DNA of 59,329 nucleotides, filler included, from It is 7 parts of 7 records of this genome, joined end to end, with 100 filler letters (N's around TTAATTAATTAA, not from the genome) between each part and the next. Parts side by side here need not be neighbours in the genome. Positions count along the whole stretch, not along the records: positions 45,422 to 59,329 come from SRR2962707_2083; 6 more parts are not named here. One strand, 5' to 3'. Shown piece by piece: positions 59,225 to 59,329 of this stretch (position 1 is its first letter; each line of letters starts with the position of its first letter). The notes under the pieces were generated by a model. It saw only the letters and a program-made list of their open reading frames with translations, ran no database searches and was not told where the DNA came from. The position numbers and the translations under genes were made by a program.

Positions 59225-59329
59225 GAGCCAGTCTCCTTCAGGTTGACGTTTTGAGGAGAAGCTCCGGCCCCTTTGCTTTCCGGGAAGCCGGGCTTCGCCC
59301 GTAAGCGTCTTTTCACGGCTACCTTGACG

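Overview
This window is not one continuous locus. It is seven unrelated contigs joined by six identical 100-bp artificial spacers (44 N + TTAATTAATTAA + 44 N), and it looks like a marine mixed-community assembly. Taxonomic labels are inferred from gene content and composition, not from searches. (1) 1-7774: alphaproteobacterial (Thalassospira-like), with a tRNA 3' end, DUF533, fasciclin, an ACT protein and three tandem RTX-repeat paralogues. (2) 7875-15841 and (5) 31536-37658: Rhizobiales-like housekeeping DNA (yccA, ybbP/ybbA/tesA, thpR, phhB, ialB, rlmN; sugar ABC, uppP, purU). (3) 15942-23885: a eukaryotic intron-containing gene encoding a split C2 domain, a TBC Rab-GAP, EF-hands and a coiled coil. 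(4) 23986-31435 and (6) 37759-45321: Marinobacter-like DNA with spoVR, a PepSY/two-component module, trpB2 and cidA/lrgB, then a LexA-boxed imuA-imuB-dnaE2 cassette two genes from a LexA-boxed integron integrase and its attI. (7) 45422-59329: mobile-element DNA. Its left part has a nine-gene coupled operon in which only a VirB6/TrbL-like gene is clearly recognisable (plus NERD-like, BID-like, lipoprotein and GNAT candidates), an S26 peptidase and a CoiA-like/Xre-MbcA-ParS fusion. After an abrupt GC rise near 54.6 kb comes an RHH-AAA-S8 peptidase (IetAS-like) module whose peptidase is cut off and fused to an ardC 5' stub, followed by a long ParB-family gene. Contig 7 is the best candidate for something undescribed.
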